A DNA stretch of 64,000 bases, taken from positions 42,904,001 to 42,968,000 of the forward strand of contig OZ365110.1 in NCBI GenBank assembly GCA_977030845.1, written 5' to 3'. Below the pieces are notes generated by a model. The model made no database searches. It was not told the DNA's origin and was given only the letters and a program-made list of their open reading frames with translations. Below, piece after piece: positions 14,091 through 26,600 of this stretch (its first letter is position 1; every line of letters begins with the position of its first letter). The position numbers and the translations under genes were made by a program. The stretch comes from Fimbriosthenelais zetlandica (Eukaryota).

Positions 14091-14570
14091 CCCAGAAACC
14101 ATCCACCCATGAAGCCAGCCAACCCAGAAGCCATCCACCCATGAAGCCAGCCAACCCAGAAAGCCACCCATCCATGAAGCCAGCCAGCCAACTAACCCAG
14201 AAAGCCACCCATCCATGAAGCCAGCCAGCCAACTAACCCAGAAAGCCACCCATCCATGAAGCCAGCCAGCCAACTAACCCAGAAAGCCACCCATCCATGA
14301 AGCCAACCAGCCAACTAACCCAGAAAGGCATCCACCATCCGCCCATGAAGCCAGCCCAGAATCCATCCAACCATGAAGCTAGCCCAGAAGCCATCCAGCC
14401 ATGACGCCAGCCAACCGGCTCACAAACCAGCCAGCTGAGAAGCCATCCACCAATTAAGCCAGCCAACCAGCTCACAAACCAGCCAGCAACTCAAATGCCA
14501 TTCACCAATTAAGCCAGCCAGCCAAGATGTCATCCATCCATGAAACCAATCAACCAACCAACCCAAAACC
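14091..14570 (+). repeat. C/A-rich minisatellite: two 32-bp units, then four 41-bp units (AACCCAGAAAGCCACCCATCCATGAAGCCAGCCAGCCAACT), then decaying copies
   Basis: 41-bp units start at 14153, 14194, 14235 and 14276 (next at 14317); this explains the repetitive W/G/L-rich ORFs on the minus strand. Confidence 0.95.
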
Positions 14571-16994
14571 TGTCATTCATCCATCTATGACGCTATTATC
14601 CAAGGATCCGTGAAGCCAATTGGCTGAGGAAAGTTGTTCTTCATGTTGGCAGAACAACCTTTCTGTAATATTGATGCTTTCATCACTTATATTTCATCAG
14701 TTTTATTATACTTTCAACACGTTCAGCTCTTGGGCGCTACTAAAGAAGTATTTATATCAGGAAATAACCTTCGGTTAATATGTTACTAGCAAAGTTGTAA
14801 GAAACAAACAACACCAGTCAGCAAGATCGAGTCATGAATACCTTTGGGGCCTCGAGAAGTGATAAAATTGTTAAGGATAGAATTTGGATCGTAAAATATA
14901 GGAGGCCAGAGGCAAGGTATGAACGGTTTTTATCTCTTCTCCCCATCAGGGCCTGGAAAACGGGACATCCATGTGATCACCTACATCACTTCACACATGC
15001 ATATGGATACTAAAAGTGACGTTGTAATTCCATTATGTGAAAGTGAACATCTGTCTGGAGCTGGGCGGCTGATTTATTATCAACCTCACAGGGCTCTATG
15101 GGTCATTTTAGCCTCCATTTCATTCCTTTCCCATTCTAGACACTCGCCAATAACCGAAACACAAATCACCAATGTGAGAAAAGCCCGGCGGGATGCCTAA
15201 AGATGATATTCATTGTCTTCAGGCACGTATGCCATAAAATGCTATGAACTTTCGCCTGATCAACATGGGCATTTCCCTCCTTTCCTGCTTGTCCCATCGC
15301 CGGTCCATCTTTCGGTCTCGGCTTTTATTTTGAATTACAAGCATCGTGCAGATAAGATCGGAGTGGCTTGGAGATAGGGCTGGGCAGGCTGATGAGTTTC
15401 TGAGTTTACGTTTGGTCCTGACAAACAAGTCATTGTGCGTGCCGCCTCTGATATGCTTCTTGACGGGCTAATCATATTTGATTTGTGCTAATTTATTTGT
15501 CGGGGACTAGATAAGAGGGACCGAGCGGCCGAGGCGGTTGACTGCTTATCCATTCTTTTCCTTGTTTCAATTATATTCCTCTGACTGGGAGGAGATGGAG
15601 GGTGCTTTTTCCACAGCCAAAGTCCCTTAAAGATCAGAAAGCGTGCATGATTCAGTTAACGCTTCCTCCAGCAAGTAAGGACTTCTGAGAGAAGGAGAAG
15701 AGAGGAAGAAGGCCTGGATGCTACAGACTCTGTCTGCTCAACGCAAACACCAAGTGTCACAACCACTAGCGGTCCTTCCCTCTGATCTCTGAGATAATAT
15801 GGCAATAATCTGACGTAATGCACCTCTGAGTGCCATCAACTGCCATAACACAAGAAGAGCAAAGCCACTTTGTTTTTGCTCTTTTAATTGCTCAGCTGGT
15901 CGTTTGGGGAGGCCGCAAAGGTTTCAGCCCACTTGCCTCACGGTGGCCTTGAATAGCAAATGCCTTTTCCTCCTCCTTTTGCATGCGTTCCTCTCTCAGC
16001 CTTGCAGGCAAGCGTTTTTAACCCATCCCACATTTAATAGGAAAACGCCCTTGAAAAATGAATAACATTACCTTTCAAAGAAGGCCCAAGTAAAAGTGGA
16101 TGGGGAGACCTGGGTATTAATACGAAACTAAAATGAAAGCTTTAATTTAATATACTTCCTCAGAATATATTCTGGATCCACGGTTGGTAGCATATGTGTA
16201 GACCTACACGAACATGTTTTGCCATGAGCATGGGAATGGCATCCCCCAGACTCAAAGTTTGCCCTCCCACGTATTTACTTCAAATGCATCTAGCCGTCCC
16301 ATGCAGTGGCGCCACCAGTGCCTGGTGGGGTTTCAGTGCACTACTATAGTCCATTAATCCAAGCTTGGGTTCGTGCCGAGCAAAATTACTGTCCCCCCAA
16401 ATTGATGACACGGATTAAGAGGTTAAAATTGGAAAGCAGCGAGAATAAAATGCTTGTGAAATGTGCAATTAAAGCCCCAGTATTTAACAAAATTTAATCA
16501 CGTCTTCATACTAGACAACCTTTGGCTGCTGATTATATTGATTTTAGTAGTTAGATGTATTTTTTTTTCTTCTCATTGCAATCCAACAGAATTCTAGCAG
16601 AGATAATGTCAGTCTACTTTTTATTGGGCTTGTATAAAGCGAGGAGGCAGAGCCAGCATGACTATATCAACATTTGATGTAGCAGACAGACCATGAATAT
16701 GCATGATTTAATCAGCACACTGCTTTAATTATAGCACTCTTGATGCCAGGTTATAGCCACTTTGCACCGACTCTAGCTCTTACGATCTGCTTATTTTCTC
16801 CACCACAAGGCCTTTCAGCCATGGGCCCGGGGGTCGTTTCATTAAAAATAATACTTCTTGCATCTTTCTTTGCAAAATACTTTGACCTATAGGACTTTTG
16901 GAGTACAATATATATAACAAATTGTCAGTTAGTTAAGAACATGTATACATACATCCTGAGCTGGTTCTAAGTACTATTTTTCAATATGTACCCA

Positions 16995-17170
16995 GATCTC
17001 GGGAAATCCAAGCGGGAAGGCCAAGGAGTTCTTTTGGAGAAGATTTTATGTTGCTGAAACAATAAATCGTTTGGGCCGCAAGGCTGGACGCTGGACCCTT
17101 CTTTTCTTCAGACTGACACACTGACACCCCTGACACCCCCACCTTTGCAAAATCCTGGATGCGGCCCCTG
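16995..17170 (-). mobile_element. Short MITE-like element remnant with a CAGGGGCGGATCCAGGATTTT-like terminus
   Basis: Minus strand from 17170 reads CAGGGGCCGCATCCAGGATTTTGCAAAGGTGGGG, a terminus type I recall from short non-autonomous elements in animal genomes. The other end is degenerate, so the left boundary is approximate. Confidence 0.4.
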
Positions 17171-17499
17171 CAAAAAAACAATCTTCACAAGAAAATCAAG
17201 TAGGTCCTTGGAACCCTCTGCACAAAATCTCGGCCTAAATTGCTTTTAGTAAACCAACCCCCAGTGAACAGAGGGTTTGGCCCAAGGCCGCATTCATCTA
17301 AGATAGACAATTTGGGGTAGAGCCAAAGCAATCTCTAAATCGTGACATGCAATGGTGCGTACACCACGTGCAGACTGGCTCTTCCAGCAGCCATCAAACC
17401 AGACAAGAATCTTTACTACATGCTAAACCAGTACTCTGTCTGATAGCAAGGCCTCCACCACCGCCTCAGGGTGCCAGCTTATTCCTCCCGCTCATCAGC

Positions 17500-17690
17500 C
17501 TGGACAATGGGCAACTGCTTGTATTATCGCTCAGAGATTTTTGGTATCTGGACAATGGGCAACTGCTTGTATTATCGCTCAGAGATTTCTGGTATCTGGA
17601 CAATGGGCAACTGCTTGTATTATCGCTCAGATATTTTTGGTATCTGGACAATAGGCAACTGCTTGTATTATCGCTCAGAGATTTCTGTAT
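17500..17690 (+). repeat. 48-bp minisatellite, 4 copies (CTGGACAATGGGCAACTGCTTGTATTATCGCTCAGAGATTTTTGGTAT)
   Basis: Units start at 17500, 17548, 17596 and 17644 and are nearly identical. Confidence 0.97.
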
Positions 17691-20600
17691 ACCAGACCTC
17701 TGATAAAAGTCACTAAGTATACATACAAGGAGCCTGAATAAATAGATGTGTGGAAAAGCAAAGGTTAAAAAAGTCAGAACACTTTTCATGGTTAAGTTAC
17801 TTATCCTTAATGCCGGCAGTGGTATTTATGCCAGAGGAGCTAATGGGGAAGCTGTCCCCTAAACAGTGAAACCATGTACTGCCGGGTTTTTGTATTCTCA
17901 AGACATAAATCGGAGGTAATCCTCCCATAAAAAGCCCAGTAATGGATTAATATGCTTCAGTTATTGACATTTATATCTTGACCTTTCAACTGATAGATAT
18001 GTTGGTTCATGCTATTCAAGATGGTCCATTTGCCTTGGCTGTATGATGAAGTGAAATTGCCCTTGAACGGATCATTATGGGTTTTGTCTCGGCAAACATT
18101 GCCATTGAGTAGCTTTAAAAGAGGTCACAACCGCATCTGCTGCTGTCAGTGCATGCAGGGATAATCAAAATGATGCATAGGAATGTGTGCATGCCTGATG
18201 CATTTTGCTTTTAAAAATACCCCACCCTTTCCCCCTATATGTACTGTGGTCTATATTTCCCCCTTTCGGGACAGGACTTGGTTTCTGCATGGGAACCTCT
18301 AACCGCCACATATCCCATTGCGGGTAATAATTTACGTAACACCCCACCAACTAAAGGGTTACTAATGGATCATTGGAATTATGGAGATGCTTATGATGTG
18401 TTACCCAATGTCAGTAGCAAAGGTCATGCAGAGGAGTGGGCGTTCATGGCCGTATCTGTAATATTCTCCTTCCTCATTTCCCACCCAGCCCCAAGCCGGA
18501 CTCATCCGAGCTCGAGCAAAAATGGGCAAGTCCTAGGGGACAGGGAATGTTCCCCAGATGGCCGCCATTATTCCTTTGCATCCTGGGAAGGATGTCGTCA
18601 TTGGAGTGGGAGCTCGTGGTTCTGTGTTTTGTCAGTGTCCGCGTGACAACACAGGCTTCCAGGCCAGAGCGAATGGCATTATCATGGTGGCAGATGCATT
18701 AGCATTGTACCGCCATTGGTAGGCAAGAGAATGGCAAGAGAACTGCTGGCCAGTTGGTTGGTTCCTACGTACATTGTACTTAATTGACCAGTTTGTGAAA
18801 TCATGCATGACGTTGCAATATGTCTGTTTGAAGTAGGCCTAGTTCCCGTAGCAGAATGGTTTGTTTTAGAATAGGATGGGATGATATGAACTTACTGTCA
18901 ACTGTTTAAGGAAATGACTTAATATTTGTAGTGAAGTTCAAAAGCTTAATGAGGCTAAACTGTTTATATTATGGATCAGCGACGAACGGATGAACGGTTC
19001 CTTTGCTGTGTCATGGGCTTAAGCTGGCAAGCATTTTTGCCAACCTTTTGCCAATCCTTTGCCTGCCCATGGAACAATTAATATATGTTATCAGTATCGG
19101 TACTACGTCGATTTTCATCAAGTTAAACAATTCTATAGTATCCACTAGAACGACTGGAATGTACTGCCTTTAATGTCTGTAAATGGAAGTTGATGTTATT
19201 GGAGATGGAGCTCCGCCAACCGTAGACCATTCCATACATCCCTGGCACACAACATTATCTCAGAAAACATTCTCTTCCTGCATAAGGGAAAGCAATTCCC
19301 CATCCATTTTGGCATAGAACCCTCCCTAGAGAGCACGGACCCCTCAATCAAGAGACTAAATATGTATTTGATGAGGGACATCTGGGAAAAATATATTCTA
19401 AATGACTGTCTGGATGTGTCTAGTGGGACGTGTGGTACACGGTATTATGACCAGCCTCTTACAATGCACTTCTCCTTGGATGTAGACTTATTCACCATGT
19501 ATTTTACGAGTACTTTAAAACTGAATTTATACCACACATGTGTTGTGCTGCATGGGAGATATTTCCCCAGTTTACCCAGCAAATATTTTGCTTCATGCAC
19601 TGAACCAGACCGATGGAGCCGAAATTATTAGCTTGGAGAGGCAGCCTGGTGTAAAATGGATATAATATCATGTTCACCGCCGAATGGGCCTTGTGTAACT
19701 CACTCCCATTTCAGTGGGAGAGATGTGTTTGAACCTGATGACTTGGCATGTAGCGATTCAGGAAGTTAAAAAGCATTTACAAATCGAATACAGTCAATAT
19801 AACCGGTTAAATTAAGTACACCCCATAGTTTCTTTTCATACTCAGTGAAGCTGAAGGGACACTGACTAAATTTGGAAAGCGCTTGGCAGGTATAGCCCCG
19901 GCCTTTTGGGTGGGGATTGTGTGTGCATGGTGGGGTAAATATGGGATCGGGTGTTAGATTCAATGTGTAATCTGTTAAAAAGCGCCCCTGGGGGAAGCTC
20001 TAGGGATGACTGCATTCAGATGCACATAGGATGCAGCAATGGACAAGCCCAGTAGATTATCTTCACAGGGGGGTGACGCTCGGTAAGCTATGGCCTTTTT
20101 CTCTGAAAGGGATGATTCTATTTGGTTAGCTGCCACGCTAGTGTCTCTTCTCAGAGGGCTATTTCTTCTGATCCTGTCCCAAACGGCCGCTCTTAACTTC
20201 TAACTGTTGGCGCATATCGAAATCCACTTGCGATATTGTACTCATATTGCAGTCATATCAGAAAAATCAACAGATAATGGAAACCCCCATGAAATTTAGT
20301 GCCTGATAGTAGGATGACCTGAGAAATTTCCATTCAGCATAAAGCGGTGTAGTTATTATATAGGCCTACAAAATTGCCAGACCGCGTTGTTTAAAAAAAA
20401 TTAAAATCAGGTTCGGATATAATGGAAAATGAATCCATTTGACATGATATTTATTTAGAATCAGTCCACCCGATATGTTGATTGTGCCTCACAATCAATA
20501 ATAGGGAATGGTAAAATAATGATCTACTTCAGCTGCTATTTCATTTCATTTCCGAAGCTTTCAATAATAAAGGCATTGAGCCGAGGACGATTGTGTCCGT

Positions 20601-23600
20601 ATCACAATATCCCGACTCCTCCCGTCATATTCCTAGCTCCCTCCTCTGAAAGGCACAAGTCTAGAATAAAAGTGACATTGTGGATAACCAGAGCGGGACA
20701 CTAGCGATCCCACACCATGCATATTTGATACATTAATGAGCATTTGGCAGGTGACAATGGCGCGTGAATTGAGCACATTACTGGCCAAGTGCAGATTAAT
20801 TGATGTTTTGATGCAGTTAAGAGTCCAAATCGGAGCATATGTGAAAGGGTGGAGTGGAAAAAAGTCATCAAAACAGCATTGGATCGTCAAGATCAAAAAC
20901 GCTGCAATTGATGCTTGTATTGAGGCCTACCATGAACAAAGCCCATTCTCCATATACTGCTTACCATCGAGGGAGAACCAGGCCCAAAGTCAAGCCTTTA
21001 CCTCCACGCACTTCACGGTTTTTGCAGTAGTTTATAAATGTTCAGGTTATTTAAATATCAGTCCACTAAAGTGCCTATCCCTACATACAATACTCTTATC
21101 AATGCTTTACCACTTTACCATCAAGTCTTATACCCTTTTATTTGTATCTGACTTAATGATTAGCTTGTCGCTAAACACTTCCCTTAGTCGGGCTTGCACG
21201 GTAATCCCCCCCGCATTAATCCTGCCCCAGCCGCCAGCTGAAAACCCTACAACCCAGCTTTCATTTTTTTTAACCGAGATACTCCATAGGCAGGCAATTC
21301 ACAAGCTACCCACTCACGCTATCTTTAGTACGGCAGTCCAACTTAAACACATCAAACTAGGCTAGTGTTACTTGGGGCCCCCCGTCCGCCATTGTTCTTT
21401 TGTCCTGACGCTGAGGTGTACACTTTTCATTACTATCAGCAATCATGCGATATGGCACTTAGTGTGCTTATGCTTGGCCCGCCTGCCAGACTCAATGGAC
21501 GTCCAATCGTAGGTTAGTCTCTATGATTCAGACATATTGGCCAAGCTAGGCTTTGGCTATGAGGAAAAGTCTAAAGAGAGAAAGCAAGAACCTGTCGCCT
21601 GAGAGCTCCTGATTTCTGGTCAGCACTCTGATGAGACCCTAATAAACATAACCTGATTTCCCCAATTATATTATATATAGGATATCAAATGGATGTTAAA
21701 AATGTTTTAATCTCTTCAACCAGCAGTAATATATATATATATATATTGGAAATTTAAGGCAATATTTACCTAGAAATGGTCACAATACAAATTGGTAATG
21801 TTGTAGCTTTAAGAGCCTTTAGTCAGTATCTAGATTTAATATATTAATTATCATGTAGCAGCTATAAGTGCCTATAGTCAGTAGCTGAATTTTTAAGGTA
21901 TTAAGTGTGGCCTCCTGATATTGATAGCGTCAAGCGAAGGATACATCAGGTAATCTGTTAGTTTATTTATCAGGAATTATCGGTGCACCTGGCATCACCT
22001 GACTTGATGTAATAGCTGTGGGATCATGTAGATTGTCTAGAATCACACAGAAACAGGTGGAGTCTGGCACATATGCTAATAATCACCCAGATCAGCATAA
22101 TCTGTCTTAAAATTCTTCAGGGTGCCATAGCTTGATGAAAAACAGATCTTAACCGTATTAAATCAGTATCTCAACGCTCCGGGCGAAAGGTACATAAAAG
22201 ATTGGGATCACAATTAAAAGCATTTGTATGCCATAAGCCTTAAAGTTGTTTCTCTTTTGATTTTGCTTTCGCGGGGGGCTTTAATGTTATAGACTGGTAT
22301 TTAGAAGCCATTCACAAAAGACAAATGCCCGATGTATTAAATACTGTCTTTTATTTTTGCTATGGCTGACTGAGGAGTTCGTTTTACTCTTCCACATGCA
22401 TAGCCTTCTCTATAAGAAAGCGGTGACAACAATTGTGGGATTTAAAAAAAATCAAATATCGAACACTGATTTTCTTTCCGGCATTCATAGTAAATGATTG
22501 AAACATAAATCCAAAGGGAGTACTGCAAAGAATATTTTCATTCCATTTATTCCATTCATACATTCTCAGTCCTCGTGAGGGTGTTTTCCTTCCTATGCCT
22601 TTCCTCCCTTGCTGTTTTTTTTATCAGTTGAGAGTAAAATTATGAAGACAACTGCTTGCGTTAAGTGAGGATAAAATGAAATAAATGATGATGGTTAGGA
22701 TACGTGAGTAGTTTGAGAAACCCAGTGGATAAAACCAGTACATTTGACCCCATGATCTATTGTTCTTTTTTAACCACCCCCTCATTCAAAATTGCCATGA
22801 GACTTCCCAGGCGCACTGAACAGCGACCTCTCGGAAGAGACAAACAAGAACTATTTGGAATGCAACTCAAACCACATTTGTCTTGGATGAAAATTGAGTT
22901 TGCCCATTGAATCAAGAGGCACGGGGTATGGTCGGCATCCTTGATCACCCACTAATTTCCCACGTGTTTTTACCTTGACATCCGCCATCCCAGCCCCTTC
23001 CCCAACGCTGTCACATGATGAACCAAGATGGCGGCCATCACGTGGTCGCCTGAAGATGGCTGCGTGGTAGCAGCTATAGAAGCGCTCTTAACTAAAACAA
23101 TTTTTACTTGGAGAGGCTTGGCATGGAGGTCGTGTGGACTAACTCCTGGGTGGTCACATGGGAAGCATTGGGTATATACAGCATGCCATGTCCACTTAAT
23201 TGGCCTGTCCACGGTAGTTGACCTATGTCCTGTTTGCCAGATTGTCCAAATAAAATTCCCCTCTGTGCACGCAGTCTCCACCTCCTGGAAATCCCCAGCA
23301 GCTGGCTTCTCCAAGCTGTGGATAAAGATTCGAAAAAGGGAATAGAATCCATTTGATTGCCTTTCTCCCAAGCCAGTATGTTATTATTCTAAACAAAATA
23401 AAGCTAAAAAAAACCATAGAAACCTTTTGTAATTGCTGTCGTTAATGCAATTGAATCGATGCACTATTGCTACTCCCTCCAAGAAAGAACTATGTCTTTT
23501 ATATATTATACACTACAAGCAACAATGAAGCGTTTAAATATTAAGAGCTTTCGACAAAGAAAGTTCGCTTGCACGCACATTACATATCAAAGGTAATAAA

Positions 23601-26600
23601 AAGCAAACAGCGGGCCCTTCCATTTACAAAGTCAGCCATCCACTCAATATATACCCTAACCAGAAAACTTAAACCGTCTTTAGCCAGTAAAGGTGTAGGG
23701 ATTTCACTTATTCGGTGCCTTCTTTTTACCTTGGCTTGCCATGCCTATTGTAGCATGACTAGTCGTCGATTTTTAGCCGTAATGACCTCGTTACAGAAGC
23801 CAGCAAGTGATGAGCTTCTTTCATTATGGTTTATCAAATGATCCAGGACATGCATTCATTTCTTTGAGCATGCTTGTATGGCATGCCATCAAAGCATCAG
23901 GCTCGTGACACGATCCGATCGTTTAAAGTCCCTAAACACAATCATACATGATTGGTTGTATACTGCCATGCTAAGGACTTGTATGGAACAGGTAAATAAC
24001 ATTATTAAAGGCAGTTTATTCAGCCATGCCCGGCTTTAGCCTGTGCCTGTTTTACACTGGAGCTGCTTATAAAATTCTGTACGGGGCAGGCAGTTAATTG
24101 CTGGTATTATACACACTGACTGCATTTTTAAAAGCTGTGAATTGGGGATTAAATGAAATAGTGGGATGTATTCCGTGCTTATAGCACGTGAGGGAATGAG
24201 CTGACTACAAGCAGCTCCGCTGTAACTCTGTAAGTCAAGTTTGTCTTTTATAACTCCTTTTCCCTTTGAAGCCAACTTCCTTTGAAAGACCACTTTTTTA
24301 AATCATGGATTACAGGACCCTCCTGTAAATTTTACAGAAAGTAAAACGTATTTTCAGAGTTCTGATCAAACCTGTAATCAAGTGTCAATATCTTTAATAT
24401 CTAATAAGCAACTGAATTGAATTCAGATAAGATGTGAATGTGGATATCATTATCAAAGCAATTTCTTTGACAATCGGTTTATTATCATAATTAAATCACT
24501 CGCGATATTCCACAAAGATGCCTTTTAAAGATACTTCTAATGAGCACCTCATAACACAGGATGATTTATTTATGCTGCATGCCATAAGAATAAATCCATT
24601 TTGAAATCCATGAAACCCACACAATGGCCTGTATCTTTCGGCGTATATCTTATATATAGGGAATGAAGCCGTTTGGATGATGGCAGTAGAAGCCAGCTAG
24701 GATTGGGTTTTGCTATTGGCTATGACCGATAGACAGGCGCATTTATCCATTGATCCGGTTAGTGATTAGGTGTTTGTTATCTTTTTTTTTGACGATATTG
24801 ATCTGCAGTGCAGCCTCAATGATCTGATCCATCTTTTATGATTTATCGATTGTCCTGCTCTGGTAAACATACAATATTACTTTTTATAAGGCAATGACGT
24901 TTGCGTCTGAGAGCATTTCAGTCGAGGATATATCCCAGTCTGACATTTTTTTGGTGTCATTCGGGTTAACTTTTAACTTCATATTGATTTCTTTATCCTG
25001 AATTACCAGAGGCAAATAAGGGATCAATATCAAATGGTATGGGGAATTTTTTATCATATAAAACCATTGTTCCACTCGAGGGTCGGAGTGGTTTTAATTG
25101 CAGGCAATTAGTTTTAAAACAGGCAATTGAAGTACATTTAATCAAGGGCTTCTGTATATTACTCCTGTCCTTCAGGGGTCTGTCTCATAACAGAGGGCTT
25201 GTTTCATAATATATTTAAACATTATATTAATCAATAGGACGTAGACCTATGGTTGAATCTTTCTTATGGTACCATTCCCTTGTCTCTAAGAACTCTGAGT
25301 TAGGCCATATGAGCAAAGGACCATGATAGTCAAGGTGTTACATATATGGAGGGTCCCTCAACATCTTTGCATATGGAAATCAGCCCCCGAGGGGGATCTT
25401 GCTTTCATGGTCTCAAGTGAAAGTGTTTAGCGTATTTACAGAGACACAATGCAACCAAGGAGGCCCCGGGCCTCCCCAAGGAACTGTGTCAAGTGTTAGT
25501 ATTCCTCTGCTCTCCGATAGCACTTAGCATAATGGAATATGAGATTGAGTGTGTTACAGTGACGTGGTACTGTGAACGGGGGAGGCTGGCAGTCCCAGAC
25601 ATAACATGGCCATTACCATGCCCTACCGTAAGAGCCACTGCCTTGGATAGGACACCCTTGTGGATGTTACTCCTGGCACGTTAGGCGTGTCACCTACGGG
25701 ATGGGTAACTCACCAAGGCCTATAACCCTTTACCCACACTCATGGGCTGGTGCACAGAGCTTCTCAAGAAGTATGTCCCCCTCCCTTAGTGATTAATGCA
25801 TTGTCTTTTATTTTGCATGAGTCTCCTGACAGGCCTCCCCATCTGGCGCCCTAATGGAATTGGATTTTTGATTGAGTTTTCATTCCAGGCGATGTTTGTC
25901 AGGATAACTAATTAATTAGGCTTCGTCAGTCCGACTAGCATGGTCTAGGCAAAATGCATACATCACACATCCTAGTTACAGCCTAAACCTTTTATCCTAT
26001 TAAGAAAGAAATTAGCCTTGGTGGAGGGGCGTGGAGTTTCTATTCATTACAGAATGACATTATGGTGGGCGGTAAGAGATCGGCTTCTTCAGACCAAGAC
26101 GCCACTATAGATCTTTTATTATTTCCTTAACTAATGCTTAGACAGCAGCCACAATCTCTTAATCCAGGAAGATTGACATGGCCACCAACAAGTTGGTAAC
26201 TGTTGCATTTCTGCCATCCTGTCTTCTTGCCGAGATAACCATAAGAATCTGAACATTCCAGGCTATTCTCATTGTAAGCTTTCTAGGTTTTTGTTGTGTC
26301 TCAATATCTTGGCATGGCCATTTAGAATATTTGCCAGAAGCATTGTACAACATTTTTATGTACTATTTAGAACTTCCCTGTTGATATGTCCATTTTCCAT
26401 ATACTACTTAGGCCTACACAAGGTCATAAAGGTCCCATTTTGATCACAATTCGCATCGATAATAGGTTTAGTGATACCCGATACCTACCAAGTGCTCCAA
26501 TAATAGCACATCCTTTCTTTACCAGCCCCAATGTAACTTTTCTATATACTACTTACACTAATTGTACTAGTAGTATAGGGAAAATGTTCCTATATCCTGG

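Noticed and set aside
20736-21365. Longest ORF (209 aa) as a gene
   Set aside because: No recognisable domain, composition looks like translated non-coding DNA, and there is no supporting splice or codon pattern.
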